NCBI GenBank assembly: GCA_002440965.1 | Contig: DJWJ01000011.1 | Location: 61,427 to 125,426, forward strand | From: Candidatus Omnitrophica bacterium UBA6233 | GTDB taxonomy: Bacteria; Omnitrophota; Gorgyraeia; Gygaellales; Profunditerraquicolaceae | Direction: 5' to 3' | DNA length: 64,000 bases | Part shown: piece after piece, positions 38,573 through 53,036 of the stretch | Position numbering within the stretch: position 1 is the stretch's first letter | Layout of the letters: each line of letters begins with the position of its first letter | The notes under the pieces: model-generated | Seen by the model: the letters and a program-made list of their open reading frames with translations, nothing else | What the model was told of the DNA's origin: nothing | Databases searched by the model: none | Program-made: the position numbers and the translations under genes

Positions 38573-39408
38573 TATGGTTTCCTTCTTTTAACAATAAACT
38601 TATTAGAATACCGATTCGGCTTCCTGGTCCTATAGCCCTTAGTAGGCTTACCCCACGGAGTAACCGGATGCGGATTACCTTGCCCGGATTTTCCTTCGCC
38701 GCCGCCATGCGGATGATCAAAGGGATTCATTGCTAAGCCTCTTGATTGCGGTTTGACGCCCAACCATCTATTCCTGCCCGCCTTACCCATATAAATCGCT
38801 TCGTGCTCCACATTACCGACCTGGCCAACCGTAGCATGACATTCAAGACTAACTAATCTTACTTCGCCTGAAGGAAGCTTTATATGGGCAAAATCCCCTT
38901 CTTTAGCCATAAGCTGAGCGCTGGAGCCGGCAGAACGAACTATCTGCCCACCTTTGCCTTTGCTTATTTCCAAATTATGAATAAGTGTTCCGGAAGGCAT
39001 ATGCCTTAGAAGCAAACAATTGCCAATTTGGATTTCCACATCTTTTTGGTTGCTTGAAATAATGGTTTGTCCTACGGATAATCCCACAGCAGCCAATATA
39101 TATCTTTTCTCTTTATTCGGATATTCGATAAGAGCTATTCGGCAAGAACGATTTGGATCATACTCAATCGCAATAACCTTTCCCGGAATATCAATAATAT
39201 CTCTTTTAAAATCAACAATTCTCAACATCCTCTTATGTCCGCCGCCGCGATGCCTGGAAGTTATTCTTCCGTAAGAATTCCTGCCGCCGGACTTCTTCAA
39301 AGGAAGCAACAAGGATTTTTCCGGGGTATTTTTAGTAATTTCCGCAAAATCCGGGCCAGTCATATGCCTGCGCGAGGGTGTTGTCGGTTTAAAATATTTA
39401 AGTCCCAT
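38572..39408 (-). CDS. rplB: 50S ribosomal protein L2
   Basis: A 278 aa ORF. Confidence 0.95.
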   Translation of the reverse strand: MGLKYFKPTTPSRRHMTGPDFAEITKNTPEKSLLLPLKKSGGRNSYGRITSRHRGGGHKRMLRIVDFKRDIIDIPGKVIAIEYDPNRSCRIALIEYPNKEKRYILAAVGLSVGQTIISSNQKDVEIQIGNCLLLRHMPSGTLIHNLEISKGKGGQIVRSAGSSAQLMAKEGDFAHIKLPSGEVRLVSLECHATVGQVGNVEHEAIYMGKAGRNRWLGVKPQSRGLAMNPFDHPHGGGEGKSGQGNPHPVTPWGKPTKGYRTRKPNRYSNKFIVKRRKP

Positions 39409-39412
39409 AATA

Positions 39413-39691
39413 TTAAGCTACCTCTATCTTTTGCCCTGCTATTAAAGTCACCACTGCTTTCTTTTTGTCAGCGGTCCTACCTAATTGATGACGCACCCTT
39501 TTTAATTTCCCAAAGGAAATAAATGTATTTACATGTTTAACTTTTACTTTGTAAAGCTGCTCTACGGCGTGCTTGATCTGAATCTTATTAGCCTTGATAT
39601 CAACAATAAAAAGATACCTGGAATTAGGCTCATACACTGTTGACTTCTCGGTACGAATCAAAGATTTAATTATATCTTGTGAATAATTCAT
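39413..39691 (-). CDS. rplW: 50S ribosomal protein L23
   Basis: A 92 aa ORF. Confidence 0.95.
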   Translation of the reverse strand: MNYSQDIIKSLIRTEKSTVYEPNSRYLFIVDIKANKIQIKHAVEQLYKVKVKHVNTFISFGKLKRVRHQLGRTADKKKAVVTLIAGQKIEVA

Positions 39692-40341
39692 TTTTTAAGC
39701 CTGTTAGTAAGTTGAGTTAAACCGTCTTTGGTAATAACTAATTTTTTATGCGCTAAAACTTCGTAAACATTGGTATCTGTAGCCAGGGTAAATTTCAGGA
39801 AATCAATATTCCTTAAAGCCAGTTTCTCATCCCCGGTGGACTTATCCAGCAGGAAGAGCACACGAGATGATTTTTTATCTTTGGAACTGTTTATTTTAAG
39901 GTTAGTAAATAATTTCATTGCTTCTTTGGTTTTGGAATTTTCCAATTTAAACTCATCCAAAACTATCAAATTATTTTCTTTTACTTTAGCGTTAAGACTG
40001 GATTTTAAAGCTACATTTTTGATTTTATCCGGTAAGGTATAAGAAAAATCTCTCGGATGCGGACCAAACACTACGCCACCATGTCTCCATAGCGGAGAAC
40101 GAGTCGAACCTACGCGGGCCCGGCCTGTCCCTTTTTGCTTCCAGGGCTTCTTACCGCCACCGGAGACCTCGCCTCTAGTTTTGGTCGCAGCCAAACCCTT
40201 GCGCTGATTAGCCCGATAAGCAGTAACAGCCTGGTAAATAGCTTCGGAATTTATTATACCGTCAAATACAGAAGTATTCAGCTTTATACTGTCTACTTCT
40301 TTGCCTTGTGCGTTATATATAGGTAAGGTTATGGTTTCCAT
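39688..40341 (-). CDS. rplD: 50S ribosomal protein L4
   Basis: A 217 aa ORF. Confidence 0.95.
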   Translation of the reverse strand: METITLPIYNAQGKEVDSIKLNTSVFDGIINSEAIYQAVTAYRANQRKGLAATKTRGEVSGGGKKPWKQKGTGRARVGSTRSPLWRHGGVVFGPHPRDFSYTLPDKIKNVALKSSLNAKVKENNLIVLDEFKLENSKTKEAMKLFTNLKINSSKDKKSSRVLFLLDKSTGDEKLALRNIDFLKFTLATDTNVYEVLAHKKLVITKDGLTQLTNRLKK

Positions 40342-40343
40342 TT

Positions 40344-41000
40344 TTATTTTTTAGCCCCTTTTGCCTTTGCCGGTTCTTTTTTAGGGGTAGTTTTTCTTTT
40401 TATAGCTGTTTTAACAATAACATAACCGTTTTTAAATCCTGGCACCGCTCCCTTAATTAAAAGTATATTGTTTTCCGCGTCAATTTTTACAATCTTTAAA
40501 TTCTGCGTAGTTACTTGTATAGCACCCATATGTCCGGCCATATGATGGCCTCTAAAAACTCTTCCGGGAGTAGTAGTTGAACCGACTGAACCTACGCGTC
40601 GACGCGAAGTCGAACCATGAGTCATCGGTCCACCATGCCAATGCCAACGTTTCATGCCACCCTGAAAACCTTTACCGATAGAAGTTCCGGTTACATCCAC
40701 AAAATCCCCTTCGGCAAATATACCCACCTTAAGATCTTCACCTACTTTATATTCTTTGCCAGCATCCTTCGGTAATTCTCTGATTATTTTACGTCCGTGT
40801 ATGTTCAACTTTTTAAAATAACCTGCCTGCGGTTTTTTTAAATTCTTCTCTTTAGCAAGGTCAAATCCAACCTGAATACTTTTTTCATTAATGGCTAACA
40901 CCGGACAAGGACCAGCCTCAATAGCAGTAACACTTACCAAGGATCCATCCTCGGCAAAAATTTGTGTCATGCCAATTTTTTTGCCTAATAAAGCGCTCAT
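40344..41000 (-). CDS. rplC: 50S ribosomal protein L3
   Basis: A 218 aa ORF. Confidence 0.95.
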   Translation of the reverse strand: MSALLGKKIGMTQIFAEDGSLVSVTAIEAGPCPVLAINEKSIQVGFDLAKEKNLKKPQAGYFKKLNIHGRKIIRELPKDAGKEYKVGEDLKVGIFAEGDFVDVTGTSIGKGFQGGMKRWHWHGGPMTHGSTSRRRVGSVGSTTTPGRVFRGHHMAGHMGAIQVTTQNLKIVKIDAENNILLIKGAVPGFKNGYVIVKTAIKRKTTPKKEPAKAKGAKK

Positions 41001-41305
41001 TTTATCTCAACATCCACCCCTGCGGGCAGGTTTAACTTCCTTAATGAATCAATCGTCTTAGCTGTTGGTTCGAATATATCGATGAGCCTCTTATGTGTGG
41101 ATAAATCGAACTGTTCGCGGGACTTCTTGTCAATGACCGGAGAACGCAAAACCGTATAGATCTCGCGCCTGGTCGGAAGCGGAACCGGGCCGGCGATTTT
41201 GGCGCCGGTCCGTTTCACTGTTTCAACAATCTCCAAGACCGCCTGGTCCAAGAGACGATGATCGTAAGCTTTTAGTTTTATACGTATCTTTTGTGCGACT
41301 GACAT
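40997..41305 (-). CDS. rpsJ: 30S ribosomal protein S10
   Basis: A 102 aa ORF. Confidence 0.95.
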   Translation of the reverse strand: MSVAQKIRIKLKAYDHRLLDQAVLEIVETVKRTGAKIAGPVPLPTRREIYTVLRSPVIDKKSREQFDLSTHKRLIDIFEPTAKTIDSLRKLNLPAGVDVEIK

Positions 41306-41309
41306 ATTC

Positions 41310-42515
41310 TTAAGCGATAATCTCCGTAACTACGCCTGCGCCTACGGTATGGCCGCCTTCGCGAATAGCGAAACGCGATTCCTTTTCCATGGCTATAGGT
41401 GTAATCAACTCAACATCTAAATTAACATTATCTCCGGGCATAACCATTTCCACTCCGGTCGGTAAAGTAACGTTTCCGGTAACATCGGTCGTGCGGAAAT
41501 AGAATTGCGGCCTGTAACCTTTAAAGAATGGCGTATGCCTTCCACCTTCTTCTTTGGTCAGTATATACACCTGAGCCTTGAACTTAGTATGTGGAGTAAT
41601 CGACTTAGGAGCAGCAATAACCATACCACGTTCAATATCGTTCTTTTCAACACCTCTTAATAACAATCCGACATTGTCTCCGGCTTGTCCTTCATCCAAA
41701 AGCTTACGGAACATTTCAATTCCGGTAACTACGGATTTCTTTACTTCCGGTCTTAAACCTATGATCTCAACTTCTTCGCTAAGTTTAACTTTGCCACGTT
41801 CAATTCTTCCGGTGGCAACCGTACCTCTACCTTCGATACTAAATACGTCTTCAACTGCCATCAAAAGCGGTTTATCCAAGTCTCTAACCGGCAAAGGAAT
41901 AAAATCATCACAAGCTTTGATTAAATCTAAAATCGGTTTGCAATCTGCCGATGTCGGATCACTTGCCCCGGCTAAAGCCTTAGAAGCACTCCCGCGGATA
42001 ATCGGAGTTTTATCTCCGGGATACCCGTACTTAGTAAGCAATTCCCTAACTTCCATTTCCACCAAATCCAAAAGTTCATTATCTGTAACTAAATCTACTT
42101 TATTTAAGAACACAACCATTGAAGGCACGTTAACCTGTCTAGCTAAAAGAATATGCTCTCTGGTTTGAGGCATAGGGCCGTCAGCAGCCGAAACCACTAA
42201 AATAGCGCCATCCATTTGAGCGGCGCCGGTAATCATATTCTTGATGTAATCGGCGTGACCGGGGCAATCGATATGCGCATAGTGGCGGGAATCTGATTCG
42301 TATTCAACGTGAGCAACCGAAATAGTAACGGTCTTGGTATCATCTCTCACTGTTCCACCTTTAGCAATATCAGCATAAGCCTTGGCCGTTGCTTTACCCA
42401 ACTTAGCCGAAACATTAACAATAGCAGCAGTCAATGTGGTTTTACCATGATCAATATGCCCGATAGTTCCGATATTAACATGTGGCTTACTTCTTACAAA
42501 TTTATCTTTAGCCAT
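41310..42515 (-). CDS. tuf: Elongation factor Tu
   Basis: A 401 aa ORF has [10 protein letters not shown] and DCPGHADY. Confidence 0.97.
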   Translation of the reverse strand: MAKDKFVRSKPHVNIGTIGHIDHGKTTLTAAIVNVSAKLGKATAKAYADIAKGGTVRDDTKTVTISVAHVEYESDSRHYAHIDCPGHADYIKNMITGAAQMDGAILVVSAADGPMPQTREHILLARQVNVPSMVVFLNKVDLVTDNELLDLVEMEVRELLTKYGYPGDKTPIIRGSASKALAGASDPTSADCKPILDLIKACDDFIPLPVRDLDKPLLMAVEDVFSIEGRGTVATGRIERGKVKLSEEVEIIGLRPEVKKSVVTGIEMFRKLLDEGQAGDNVGLLLRGVEKNDIERGMVIAAPKSITPHTKFKAQVYILTKEEGGRHTPFFKGYRPQFYFRTTDVTGNVTLPTGVEMVMPGDNVNLDVELITPIAMEKESRFAIREGGHTVGAGVVTEIIA

Positions 42516-42535
42516 TTTTTCTTCCTCCTGTTTTT

Positions 42536-44638
42536 TTAACGAAAACTTTTTCTTGTTGAACCAGTAGCTGCGAAGCCAGTAACAATTTTTTCTGCTATAT
42601 GTGCAGGCACTTCGCTGTAAAACGAAGGCTCCATTGTATAGGATGCGCGGCCTTGTGTCAAGGATCTTATTATAGTTGCATAGTTAAAAACTTCAGCTAA
42701 TGGAATGTTCGCTCGAATGGTTCTTAAGTTAAGCCGCTGGGCTAAGGAAATTATTTTTGCCCGTCGAGAACTTAAATCTCCAATGACCTGGCCCATAAAT
42801 TCTTCCGGAACGACTACTTCCATATCCATGATCGGTTCCAATAAAACCGGATGACCATTTTTTAATCCGTCATTAAATGCAAGCGATCCGGCCATTTGAA
42901 ACGCGAGTTCCGATGAGTCAACTTCATGGTAAGATCCATCAACTAAAGTGACATGAATATCAGTAACAGGATACCCTGCTAATACTCCTGATTTAGCCGC
43001 GCCAAAGACTCCCTGCTTGACTGCTGGAATATATTCGCGCGGAATCGCGCCGCTTTTAATTTTATCTTCAAAGGTTATACCTGTGCCGGGAGTTTCCTGC
43101 GGAGCCATCTCAACAACACAGTGTCCATATTGTCCGCGGCCACCGGATTGAGATATAAATTTTCCCACAGATCTTACCTTTTTAGTCATAGTTTCCCGAT
43201 AGGCAACTTGCGGTTGACCTACTTGTGCAGCTACATTAAATTCACGCAAGATTCTATCGATTATAATTTCCAAATGCAATTGTCCCATACCAGCAATAAG
43301 AGTTTGACCTGTTTCTTGATTGTAGGTAACCCTAAAAGACGGATCCTCATCTTCAAGTTTATGCAAAGCTAAACCTAATTTTTCTTGAGCGTCTTTGGAT
43401 GTAGGCTCAATTGCCTGTTGGATAACCGGTTCGGGAAAACGCATTGCTTCCAGTAAAATCATATTATTTTCAGTACAAAGCGTGTCTCCGGTTTTTGTAT
43501 CTTTTAACCCAACCGCAGCGGCAATTTCACCACAAGAAACACTCTCCACAACTTCCTGATGGTTAGCGTGCATCTTCACAATCTTGGTAACTCTTTCCCG
43601 TTCTCTTTTCGAAGCATTATATATATAGGAACCGGCAGTCAAAACTCCGGAATAAACGCGAATATAATATATTTTTCCGACATAAGGATCCGTGGCTACT
43701 TTAAAGCACAGGGCGCAAAAAGGAGACTTTTCCGAAGCCTTGATCTCTTCGAACTCTCCGGTTTCAGGATTCGTTCCTTTAATCGGGGGCAAATCAATTG
43801 GCGAAGGCAGATAATCTTTGACCGCATCCAAAACCAACTGCACGCCTTTATTTTTAAATGAAGACCCGCAAAGTACCGGAACAAATTTATTGGCTATAAC
43901 TCCCTTTCTAATCGCAGCTTTTAATGTAGCTGCGGGAATCGCTTTACCATGCAAATAATCTTCCATTATCGCATCATCTACCTCGGCAATCCTCTCTAAC
44001 ATTACCGTCCGCTGCTTTTCTACTTCCGGCATTGCTTCGGCAGGAATTTCCTTAATCTCAATATCTTTTCCTAATTCATCCTTATAATAAACAAGTTTCA
44101 TTTCGACTAAATCAATTATTCCTTTGAAATTCGCATCCTTACCAAAAGGAAGTTGAATAGGAGCAGCATTTGTTCCTAATCTCTTATGCATCTGGTCGAT
44201 AGCCTCTAAGAAATTCGCTCCGACTCTATCCATCTTATTCACAAAAGCTATCCTGGGAACACCATAGCGATCTGCCTGACGCCAAACTGTTTCAGATTGC
44301 GGCTCAACTCCCCCTACGCCGCAGAACACCACTACTGCTCCGTCTAAAACTTTTAACGATCTTTCTACTTCAATCGTAAAATCAACGTGGCCGGGAGTAT
44401 CGATTAAATTAATATGAATATCCTTCCAGGTACAAGTAGTCGCAGCAGATGTAATAGTAATTCCTCTCTCCTGCTCCTGCACCATCCAATCCATAGTTGC
44501 TGCACCATCGTGAACTTCACCAATCTTATAGTTCCTGCCGGTATAAAAAAGCACGCGCTCGCTGGTCGTGGTCTTTCCGGCATCGATGTGCGCGATGATC
44601 CCGATATTCCTAATTTTATCTAAAGATATTTTTTCCAT
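42536..44638 (-). CDS. fusA: Elongation factor G. The start is set at MEKISLDK rather than the 20-codon longer track ORF.
   Basis: [12 protein letters not shown] is present. An AGGTGG RBS lies 7 nt upstream of the ATG at 44638. The rpsG stop is at 44643. Confidence 0.95.
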   Translation of the reverse strand: MEKISLDKIRNIGIIAHIDAGKTTTSERVLFYTGRNYKIGEVHDGAATMDWMVQEQERGITITSAATTCTWKDIHINLIDTPGHVDFTIEVERSLKVLDGAVVVFCGVGGVEPQSETVWRQADRYGVPRIAFVNKMDRVGANFLEAIDQMHKRLGTNAAPIQLPFGKDANFKGIIDLVEMKLVYYKDELGKDIEIKEIPAEAMPEVEKQRTVMLERIAEVDDAIMEDYLHGKAIPAATLKAAIRKGVIANKFVPVLCGSSFKNKGVQLVLDAVKDYLPSPIDLPPIKGTNPETGEFEEIKASEKSPFCALCFKVATDPYVGKIYYIRVYSGVLTAGSYIYNASKRERERVTKIVKMHANHQEVVESVSCGEIAAAVGLKDTKTGDTLCTENNMILLEAMRFPEPVIQQAIEPTSKDAQEKLGLALHKLEDEDPSFRVTYNQETGQTLIAGMGQLHLEIIIDRILREFNVAAQVGQPQVAYRETMTKKVRSVGKFISQSGGRGQYGHCVVEMAPQETPGTGITFEDKIKSGAIPREYIPAVKQGVFGAAKSGVLAGYPVTDIHVTLVDGSYHEVDSSELAFQMAGSLAFNDGLKNGHPVLLEPIMDMEVVVPEEFMGQVIGDLSSRRAKIISLAQRLNLRTIRANIPLAEVFNYATIIRSLTQGRASYTMEPSFYSEVPAHIAEKIVTGFAATGSTRKSFR

Positions 44639-44642
44639 TAAT

Positions 44643-45113
44643 TTACCACCTAAAATGAGCAAAAGCCTTATTCGACTCAGCCATCTTATGCGTATCATCT
44701 CTCTTCTTTATAACCGAACCTTCACCCTTGTAAGCTGCGATAATCTCTTCAGCCAGCTTTTGGTCCATTGGCCTTCCTTTTTTATTCTGAGCAAAGTCTC
44801 TTATCCAACGTAAGGCAATCGACGTACCTCTTTCCTGACGTACCTCAATAGGAACCTGATAAGTCGCGCCACCTACACGCCGAGGTTTTACTTCCAGGCG
44901 CGGGCGCGCATTATCCAAAGCCTTGTAAAAAACTTTCAAGATATCCTGCTCGTTAAGATTCTTTTTTACGATCTCAAAGGCGCCGTAAACAATTTTTTCG
45001 GCAGTTGCCTTTTTACCTTCAAGCATAACCATATTCACAAACTTTGCCACAATCTTACTCTTAAGTTTTGGGTCTGGCAATATTACTTTTTCCTGAGCTT
45101 TTCTTCTTCTCAT
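44643..45113 (-). CDS. rpsG: 30S ribosomal protein S7
   Basis: A 156 aa ORF. Confidence 0.95.
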   Translation of the reverse strand: MRRRKAQEKVILPDPKLKSKIVAKFVNMVMLEGKKATAEKIVYGAFEIVKKNLNEQDILKVFYKALDNARPRLEVKPRRVGGATYQVPIEVRQERGTSIALRWIRDFAQNKKGRPMDQKLAEEIIAAYKGEGSVIKKRDDTHKMAESNKAFAHFRW

Positions 45114-45146
45114 TATAATCTTTCCTTTATTACTAGTTAAGCGTTA

Positions 45147-45530
45147 CTATTTTGTGCCTTCTTTCGGTCTCTTGGCTCCGTACTTTGAACGCCCTCTTCT
45201 TCTGGCATTTACTCCAACCGCATCCAGCGTGCCTCTTACAATATGATACCTTACACCAGGTAAATCCTTGACCCTGCCACCTCTGACTAAAACTATGGAA
45301 TGCTCTTGGAGGTTATGTCCTTCACCAGGTATATAAGCAGTTACTTCAATTCCGGTAGTAAGCCTAACCCTGGCAATTTTACGCAAAGCGGAGTTTGGTT
45401 TCTTAGGAGTCATGGTACGCACCTGCAAACAAACACCTCTGCGCTGCGGGCAAGCCTTTAACGCAGGCGATTTACTCTTTTTCTTTTTGGATATTCTACC
45501 GAGCCTGATTAACTGCGAAATTGTTGGCAT
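45147..45530 (-). CDS. rpsL: 30S ribosomal protein S12
   Basis: A 127 aa ORF has [10 protein letters not shown]. Confidence 0.95.
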   Translation of the reverse strand: MPTISQLIRLGRISKKKKSKSPALKACPQRRGVCLQVRTMTPKKPNSALRKIARVRLTTGIEVTAYIPGEGHNLQEHSIVLVRGGRVKDLPGVRYHIVRGTLDAVGVNARRRGRSKYGAKRPKEGTK

Positions 45531-45534
45531 ATGT

Positions 45535-48500
45535 TTACTTTTTCTCCTCTTTAGAAGTCTTTACAACTTCTATATCCTGATGATCATGAAAGCCTGTTCC
45601 CGCCGGAATAAGATGCCCAACGATAACATTCTCTTTTAATCCAAACAATTCATCGCGCTTACCGCTGGTAGCAGCTTCGGTAAGCACGCGGGTTGTCTCC
45701 TGGAAGCTGGCTGCAGAAATAAAACTTTCCGTAGTCAAAGATGCTTTGGTTATACCTAACAAAAGCGGAGTAGCTACCGCGGGTTTTCCTCCTTTTTTAA
45801 CAACCTTGGAGTTTTCTTTCTGGAATACCCATTTATCGACCTGTTGCGTCGCTAAAAATTCGGTATCCCCCGGATCTTCAACACGGATTTTCTTTAACAT
45901 TTGCCGGATAATTAATTCAATATGCTTATCATTTATCCGCACACCCTGCAGACGGTAAACCTCCTGCACTTCATTAACTAAATATTCCTGCAAGACTTTA
46001 TCTCCGCAGACGCGTAAAATATCCTGTAAAACCACCGGTCCGTCAGTTAATTGCTGTCCGGCATCAACTCTATCGCCTTTATAAACATTGGGATGCTTGC
46101 CGTGCGGAATTACATATTCTCTCTGCATACCGGTAGTTGACTTTACGATAATTACACGTTGGCCTTTTTTAGTTTCGCCAAACTCCACAAAACCATCAAT
46201 TTCACTGATAATGGCCGGGTCTTTAGGACGCCTGGCTTCGAATAATTCGGCAACACGCGGAAGACCTCCGGTAATATCCCTGGTTTTAACTACCATACGG
46301 GGTATCTTGGCTAACAAATCACCGCCGCCAACTGCTTGTCCGTCTTTAACCATAATATGGGCGCCAATCGGAATAGGATATATCCCGGCAACTTCTTTAG
46401 CTTCATCCAAAATGACAATCTGAGGATGAAACTCCTGTTTATGTTCAACCACGACGCGCTCAGTAAGCTTGGTAACCGGATTAAGTTCTTCCTTGATTGA
46501 AATGTTTTCCTTCAAGTCTTCATATTTTACGGTACCGGAAACCTCGGTCAAAACCGGTAAGGTATAAGGATCCCAATGAATAAAGACTACATCCTTAACC
46601 AGTTCTCCTCCGTCAGCAACATTAATAAAAGCGCCTTGGGGAACCGAGAAACGCTCTAATTCTCTACCTTGCTTATCATTAATGCTCAAGAAACCATTCC
46701 TATTCAAAACGATAAATTCTTTATTCTTGGAAACTGTCCTTAAATTATGATATTTCAATATACCTTTATTTTTCGCTTTAATGAATGATTGTTCGACTTT
46801 TCTGGATGCGGTCCCGCCGATGTGGAAAGTTCTCATGGTCAGCTGAGTTCCAGGTTCACCGATACTCTGGGCAGCAACCACTCCAACTGCCTCGCCTAAC
46901 TCAGCCATTCTACCGGTGGCTAAATTTCTTCCGTAACACTTAGTGCATACCCCTCTTCCGGACTCACAGGTTAAAACGCTGCGAATACGTATCTTTTCAA
47001 TCCCCAGTTTTTCAATCATATCGGCTTTTTCTTCCGGAATTTCTTCTCCTGCCGCAACAATAACCTCATCCGTAATGATATCGACGATATTATCCAGGGC
47101 AACACGACCCACTATGCGGTCCTTGAGCGAAACAACTTCCTCATCCCCTTCAATAATCGCCGAAACCGTAATACCATTGAGAGTGCCGCAATCGTTCTCA
47201 GCAACAATTACTTCCTGCGCCACATCAACTAACCTGCGGGTCAAATAACCGGCATCTGCCGTCTTAAGCGCCGTATCTGCCAAACCCTTGCGGGCGCCAT
47301 GAGTGGAAATAAAATATTCCAAAACATTCAAGCCTTCGCGGAAGTTAGCCGTAATAGGGCTTTCGATAATTTCACCTGACGGCTTAGCCATAAGACCACG
47401 CATCCCAGCCAACTGCCTAACCTGTAAGCGTGAACCTCTAGCGCCTGAATCTGCCATCATAAATATAGGATTAAAGGAATCCATTCCTTTAAATAATAAA
47501 TCTGAGATTTCGTCGGTAGCATGCGTCCAAATATCGATAATCTTGGATTTACGCTCGCTATCGGTAATCACACCGTGGCGATACTGTTCTTCCACCTTGG
47601 CAACCTTCTCCTTGGAATCCTTTAGCACTGCCTGCTTCTCAACCGGAACCTGCAGATCGTCTATGCCGATGGATATCCCTCCGAGCGTGCCATTTTCAAA
47701 ACCTATCGTCTTAATATCATCAAGGAGATTGATCAACGCGGTGTGGCCAAATCTCTTATAGGTCTCGACCACAATATCTCCAACCTTACCCTTATTCAAT
47801 TCCTTATTCACAAAACCAAATCCTTTGGGAAGAACCTGATTAAATAATACCCTTCCGACAGTAGTATCGATGATCTGTTTACCCTCAATAAATTTCTTTT
47901 CATCAAAATCAAAAATACTATCAACTCTTAATTTAATCTTGGCGTGTATTTCAACAGCCTTATCTTCGTAGGCAATTACAACTTCATCGCTATTAGCGAA
48001 AATCATACCTTCGCCCCTTGCGCCGGATTTTTCCTTGGTCAGGTAATACACGCCCAAAATAATGTCTTGCGTAGGCGTTATGATCGGCCGACCATCAGCG
48101 GGAGAAAATACATTGTTAATAGCCAACATCAAAATCTTGGCCTCTAATTGCGATTCTAAAGATAACGGAACGTGCACAGCCATCTGATCACCGTCAAAGT
48201 CGGCGTTAAAAGCAGTACAAACGAGCGGATGAATCTTGATGGATTTTCCTTCGATTAAAAGCGGCTGGAAAGCCTGAATACCTAGGCGGTGCAAAGTAGG
48301 AGCGCGATTCAATAATACCGGATGATCCTTAATAACTTCATCCAAAATATCCCATACTTCGATTTTGCCGCGTTCAACCATGCGGCGAGCGCCTTTAATA
48401 GTATGCACAAAACCTTTTTCTCTTAATTTTTTGATGATAAATGGCTCGAATAATTCCAAAGCCATCTGTTTAGGCAAACCGCATTCATGCAGTTTTAATT

Positions 48501-49548
48501 CCGGTCCGACAACAATAACTGAACGTCCGGAATAATCTACGCGCTTACCGAGCAAGTTCTGTCTAAAACGACCTTGCTTACCTTTTAGCATATCAGATAA
48601 GCTCTTTAATGGACGGTTATTGGCGCCCATTACCGCCTTGCCGTGTCTTCCATTATCTAAAAGTGCATCTACCGCCTCCTGAAGCATACGCTTTTCATTG
48701 CGAATGATAATCTCAGGAGCATTTAACTCCATTAATTTCTTTAAACGATTATTTCTGTTGATTACGCGGCGATATAAATCATTCAAATCAGATGTAGCGA
48801 ATCTTCCCCCATCTAACGGAACTAACGGCCTTAAATCCGGAGGAATTACCGGAAGAATCTCTAAAATCATCCAATCAGGATTATTTCCGGATTTCTTGAA
48901 GTCTTCGACAATTCTTAAACTCTTTAAACCTTTGCGGTTGTTTAAAGCATCTTTAGATTTCTCCAAATCGCGGCGTAATTTACGGCACTGGGCGTCTAAA
49001 TCCAGCTCTTTTAAAAGATCCTTAATTGCTTCGGCTCCGATTTTTGCCTTAAAATTAGCTCCATATTTAGCTAAAGACTCCTGATATTTTTCTTCGCTTA
49101 AAAGCTCTTTTTTCTTCAAAGGAGTGGTGCCCGGGTCAATGACTACATACTCCTCATAATAAATTATCTTCTCTAAATCCCTTAAGCCTATGTCCAATAA
49201 CGCGGACATGCGGGAGGGAACTGCCTTAAAAAACCAAATATGCGTAACCGACGTAGCTAATTCAATATGCCCCATACGCTCGCGCCGGACGGAAGAACGA
49301 TCAACCGTAACCCCGCAGCGGTCGCAGGTAATCCCTTTAAACTTAATACCTTTATACTTACCGCAGTTACATTCCCAGTCACGCACCGGCCCAAAGATCT
49401 TCTCGCAAAACAAACCATCTTTTTCCGGTTTCAATGTGCGGTAGTTAATGGTCTCGGCTTTCTTAACCTCTCCTTTAGACCAAGATTTGATTATCTGGGG
49501 AGAAGCTATTTTAATCGAAATATTATCAAAAGAAACTATCTCTTCCAT
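45535..49548 (-). CDS. rpoC: RNA polymerase beta' subunit
   Basis: A 1337 aa ORF has the NADFDGD catalytic motif and a Zn-finger CNCGKYK..CDRCGV. Confidence 0.97.
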   Translation of the reverse strand: MEEIVSFDNISIKIASPQIIKSWSKGEVKKAETINYRTLKPEKDGLFCEKIFGPVRDWECNCGKYKGIKFKGITCDRCGVTVDRSSVRRERMGHIELATSVTHIWFFKAVPSRMSALLDIGLRDLEKIIYYEEYVVIDPGTTPLKKKELLSEEKYQESLAKYGANFKAKIGAEAIKDLLKELDLDAQCRKLRRDLEKSKDALNNRKGLKSLRIVEDFKKSGNNPDWMILEILPVIPPDLRPLVPLDGGRFATSDLNDLYRRVINRNNRLKKLMELNAPEIIIRNEKRMLQEAVDALLDNGRHGKAVMGANNRPLKSLSDMLKGKQGRFRQNLLGKRVDYSGRSVIVVGPELKLHECGLPKQMALELFEPFIIKKLREKGFVHTIKGARRMVERGKIEVWDILDEVIKDHPVLLNRAPTLHRLGIQAFQPLLIEGKSIKIHPLVCTAFNADFDGDQMAVHVPLSLESQLEAKILMLAINNVFSPADGRPIITPTQDIILGVYYLTKEKSGARGEGMIFANSDEVVIAYEDKAVEIHAKIKLRVDSIFDFDEKKFIEGKQIIDTTVGRVLFNQVLPKGFGFVNKELNKGKVGDIVVETYKRFGHTALINLLDDIKTIGFENGTLGGISIGIDDLQVPVEKQAVLKDSKEKVAKVEEQYRHGVITDSERKSKIIDIWTHATDEISDLLFKGMDSFNPIFMMADSGARGSRLQVRQLAGMRGLMAKPSGEIIESPITANFREGLNVLEYFISTHGARKGLADTALKTADAGYLTRRLVDVAQEVIVAENDCGTLNGITVSAIIEGDEEVVSLKDRIVGRVALDNIVDIITDEVIVAAGEEIPEEKADMIEKLGIEKIRIRSVLTCESGRGVCTKCYGRNLATGRMAELGEAVGVVAAQSIGEPGTQLTMRTFHIGGTASRKVEQSFIKAKNKGILKYHNLRTVSKNKEFIVLNRNGFLSINDKQGRELERFSVPQGAFINVADGGELVKDVVFIHWDPYTLPVLTEVSGTVKYEDLKENISIKEELNPVTKLTERVVVEHKQEFHPQIVILDEAKEVAGIYPIPIGAHIMVKDGQAVGGGDLLAKIPRMVVKTRDITGGLPRVAELFEARRPKDPAIISEIDGFVEFGETKKGQRVIIVKSTTGMQREYVIPHGKHPNVYKGDRVDAGQQLTDGPVVLQDILRVCGDKVLQEYLVNEVQEVYRLQGVRINDKHIELIIRQMLKKIRVEDPGDTEFLATQQVDKWVFQKENSKVVKKGGKPAVATPLLLGITKASLTTESFISAASFQETTRVLTEAATSGKRDELFGLKENVIVGHLIPAGTGFHDHQDIEVVKTSKEEKK

Positions 49549-52500
49549 TATTTCGCCTTTTCTGTCCGGATATCCAGACCTAAACCTTGAAGCTCTTTAA
49601 TCAAAACATTAAACGACTCTGGCGTACCATGAGTCAAGCGTTGTTCACCTTTAACAATAGCCTCATAAATTCTAGTTCTGCCTGAAACATCATCACTCTT
49701 TACGGTAAGCATTTCCTGCAAAGTGAAAGCCGCGCCATATGCCTCCAGCGCCCAAACTTCCATTTCTCCTAACCTCTGTCCGCCGAATTGAGCTTTACCG
49801 CCCAACGGCTGCTGAGTAACTAAAGAATAGGGGCCGATAGAACGGGCGTGAATCTTTTCGTCAACCAAATGAATCAGCTTCATTACATACATATAACCTA
49901 TCGTAACTCTGTGATCAAAAGGCTCGCCGCTGTAACCATCATATAGTTGAATTTTACCATCTTGCGGTAAACCGGCTTTTTCAAGCATCTCTTTAATTTC
50001 TTTTTCAGTGGCGCCATCAAAAACCGGGGTTCCGATATAAAGACCTAAGGTCTTAGCCGCCCAACCTAAATGACATTCCAAAATCTGCCCAACGTTCATA
50101 CGGGAAGGCACGCCTAACGGGTTTAAAACCACTTCTACGGGGGTGCCATCAGGCAAATAGGGCATATCCTCTTCAGGCATAATCCTGGCTACCACACCCT
50201 TGTTCCCGTGACGCCCCGCTAACTTATCGCCTTCAGCTAATCTACGCTTAGTGGCAATATAGACTACCACTCTCTTCAAAACACCAGCGGGTAACTCATC
50301 GCCGCGCCTAACCTTCTCAATTTCCTGTTCTTGCTCGGAAAGTAATTCCTGAATCTGCTCATCAAAAGAAGCGGCTAAAATTTTAGCTTCTTCATTATCG
50401 TTAAAATCATGTTTCTCGACTTTCTTTTTATCTATTCCTAAAAGCTGGGCTAAACGGGCAGTTCTTTCGGTTTCGACAAATTCAATTTCCTGCTTGTAGT
50501 AAGCTTTTAATTCTCTGATCTTAATTAATTCTTTGGACTTTTCTTCTTTGGATTTTCTGCCGCGATCCTTGCGGGAAAAAACATGCACATCAATAACTAC
50601 ACCTTGCACGCCCGGAGGAACGATTAAAGAAGTATCACGCACATCTCCGGCTTTTTCTCCGAATATAGCCCTTAAGAGCCTTTCTTCCGGAGACGGTTCC
50701 GAATCAGTTTTAGGCGTAATCTTACCGACTAATATATCCCCAGGCATAACTTCGGCTCCAATGCGAATAACACCAGTCTCATCTAAATTAGCCAAAGCCT
50801 CTTCGCTAACATTAGGAATATCACGAGTAATCTCTTCGTTGCCTAAACGGGTTTCGGTAGCTTCAATCTCGAACTCTTCAATATGTATAGAAGTGAAAGC
50901 ATCTTCCTTTACCAGCTTCTCGCTGATTAGGATAGCGTCTTCAAAGTTAAACCCGCGCCAGGGCATAAATGCGACTAAAACATTTTTTCCCAAGGCAAGC
51001 TCCGCATTCTTTGTAGCAATACCATCGGCAATTACTTCACCCCGCTCTACCCTATCCCCGAGTTTAACAATCGGCCTCTGATTAATGCAAGTGTCGTTAT
51101 TCGTACGCAAAAATTTATTTAAATGGTAGATTTTCTTGCCTATAGTAATGGAGGATGCATCAATACTAGTAACCTTTCCCGACTCTTCAGATACAAGCAC
51201 TGTGCCGGAATCTCGCGCAACTTTTTCTTCCATAAGAGTCCCAACCAAAGGCGGTTCGGTAATCATTAAAGGCACACCTTGCCTCTGCATATTTGACCCC
51301 ATTAACGCTCTGTTTGCATCATCATGTTCTAAGAAGGGGATTAAAGCCGCGGCAACCGAAACTAACTGCTTCGGAGAAACATCCATATATTGAACCTGCT
51401 TACCCGCTACCTTAGGAAAATCATTCTTATAACGACAGGATACTTCCTTCTCGACAAAATATCCATTCTCATCCAGTGGAACGTTGGCCTGCGCGATAAT
51501 CATATCTTCTTCGATATCAGCAGTTAAATAATCAATTTTTTTAGTAACCCGTCCATCTTCAACCTTGCGGTAAGGTGTTTCAATCAAACCCAAATAATTC
51601 ACCCGGGCAAATGTGCTTAAAGATGCAATCAAACCGATATTCGGGCCTTCAGGAGTTTCGATGGGACACACCCGCCCATAATGCGAAGGATGAATATCTC
51701 TTACCTCAAATCCGGCGCGCTCGCGAGACAATCCTCCCGGGCCTAAAGCACTTAAGCGTCTCTTATGAGTCATCTCGGCCAAAGGATTGATTTGATCCAT
51801 AAACTGAGACAACTGGCTGCGGCCAAAAAAATCGCGGATCTGGTTGGATAATAATTTGGAGTTGATCAGGTAATGCACATTGATATTATCAAACTCGCTT
51901 AAAATACTTAATCTTTCGCGGATGGATCTTTCCACGCGAGAGAGGCCTATGCGCATTTGATTCTGCACTAATTCACCGACGGTCTTAACCCGGCGGTTAC
52001 CTAGATGATCGATATCATCGATTTTCCCAATACCGCTCTTCAAATTAATCAGATATTCTATAACCTTAACCACGGTATCAGAATCAAGTATACGTTTATC
52101 GAGAGAAACATCCATTCCCAATTTTCTATTTAGAATAAACCTTCCTGCTCTCTCCAAATCATAGCGGGCCGGATCAAAAAATAGCCTATAGAATAAAGCT
52201 TCCGCCGCCTCTTTAGTTACCGGTTCAGTCGGCCTCATTTTACGGTAAAAATCCATACAGGCTTCTTCTTTATTCTTAGTGTAATCTTTCTTGAGGGTAT
52301 TAACGATCTCAGGGTATTCTTTTCCAAAAGCTGAAATTATATCTTTATCTTCGGAAAAACCAAGTATCCTTAAAATCTGAGTGGCGGGAAAATTCCTGCG
52401 GCGGTCAACATAAGCTAAAATCGTTTCGGTCAAGTCATATTTAAATTCCAGCCAAGCTCCCCGATAAGGAATGACTCTGCCGTAAAATATCTTTTTACCC

Positions 52501-52952
52501 GTCGGATGCAGCTCTTCTTCGAAGGAAACACCGGGAGAGCGCTGCAACTGGCTGACTACTACACGTTCATCTCCGTTAATAATAAAGGTGCCGGTTTCAG
52601 TCATTAACGGTATTTCGCCAAAATAAGCATCCTGCTCTTTAGTCTCTTTTGGAGTCGTCAGGCGGAACTTGACCTTTAGAGGAAGGGCATACGAAAGACT
52701 CCTTGTCTTAGACTCAGCCAGATTATACTTTGGCTTACCTAATGAATAGCTTATAAACTCCAATTTTACAGAGCGATTCGGGCTTTCAATAGGAAAAATC
52801 TCAGCAAAAACTTCCTGCAGGCCTTGGTGCTTTCTTTCATTTGGCTTAGCATCAAGCTGCAAAAACTCAGCGTAAGCCTCAAGCTGAACGTCTAAAAGAT
52901 TCGGTATATTATAGACTTCCTTGATTTTGGCAAAACTTTTTCGCTTAATCAT
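49548..52952 (-). CDS. rpoB: RNA polymerase beta subunit. The start is placed at ATG 52952 (MIKRKSF...). The track ORF begins 22 codons earlier at a TTG.
   Basis: The N-terminus ..[28 protein letters not shown] matches RpoB N-termini. The exact start is uncertain. Confidence 0.9.
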   Translation of the reverse strand: MIKRKSFAKIKEVYNIPNLLDVQLEAYAEFLQLDAKPNERKHQGLQEVFAEIFPIESPNRSVKLEFISYSLGKPKYNLAESKTRSLSYALPLKVKFRLTTPKETKEQDAYFGEIPLMTETGTFIINGDERVVVSQLQRSPGVSFEEELHPTGKKIFYGRVIPYRGAWLEFKYDLTETILAYVDRRRNFPATQILRILGFSEDKDIISAFGKEYPEIVNTLKKDYTKNKEEACMDFYRKMRPTEPVTKEAAEALFYRLFFDPARYDLERAGRFILNRKLGMDVSLDKRILDSDTVVKVIEYLINLKSGIGKIDDIDHLGNRRVKTVGELVQNQMRIGLSRVERSIRERLSILSEFDNINVHYLINSKLLSNQIRDFFGRSQLSQFMDQINPLAEMTHKRRLSALGPGGLSRERAGFEVRDIHPSHYGRVCPIETPEGPNIGLIASLSTFARVNYLGLIETPYRKVEDGRVTKKIDYLTADIEEDMIIAQANVPLDENGYFVEKEVSCRYKNDFPKVAGKQVQYMDVSPKQLVSVAAALIPFLEHDDANRALMGSNMQRQGVPLMITEPPLVGTLMEEKVARDSGTVLVSEESGKVTSIDASSITIGKKIYHLNKFLRTNNDTCINQRPIVKLGDRVERGEVIADGIATKNAELALGKNVLVAFMPWRGFNFEDAILISEKLVKEDAFTSIHIEEFEIEATETRLGNEEITRDIPNVSEEALANLDETGVIRIGAEVMPGDILVGKITPKTDSEPSPEERLLRAIFGEKAGDVRDTSLIVPPGVQGVVIDVHVFSRKDRGRKSKEEKSKELIKIRELKAYYKQEIEFVETERTARLAQLLGIDKKKVEKHDFNDNEEAKILAASFDEQIQELLSEQEQEIEKVRRGDELPAGVLKRVVVYIATKRRLAEGDKLAGRHGNKGVVARIMPEEDMPYLPDGTPVEVVLNPLGVPSRMNVGQILECHLGWAAKTLGLYIGTPVFDGATEKEIKEMLEKAGLPQDGKIQLYDGYSGEPFDHRVTIGYMYVMKLIHLVDEKIHARSIGPYSLVTQQPLGGKAQFGGQRLGEMEVWALEAYGAAFTLQEMLTVKSDDVSGRTRIYEAIVKGEQRLTHGTPESFNVLIKELQGLGLDIRTEKAK

Positions 52953-53036
52953 ATAATCTTTCTTATGATTGCTGACCGCTAGTATCGGCATCGATATCAC
53001 CGACAATAGCATTAGCAACCTTTGAAAATATTGTCT

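Noticed and set aside
44639-44698. 20-codon N-terminal extension of fusA ([20 protein letters not shown])
   Set aside because: It would overlap the rpsG C-terminus. The internal ATG at 44638 is preceded by AGGTGG and begins the canonical EF-G G-domain.
52953-53018. TTG-initiated 22-codon extension of rpoB
   Set aside because: The hydrophobic [15 protein letters not shown] has no counterpart in RpoB. The conserved N-terminus starts at MIKRKSF. This is left as start-uncertain rather than called.
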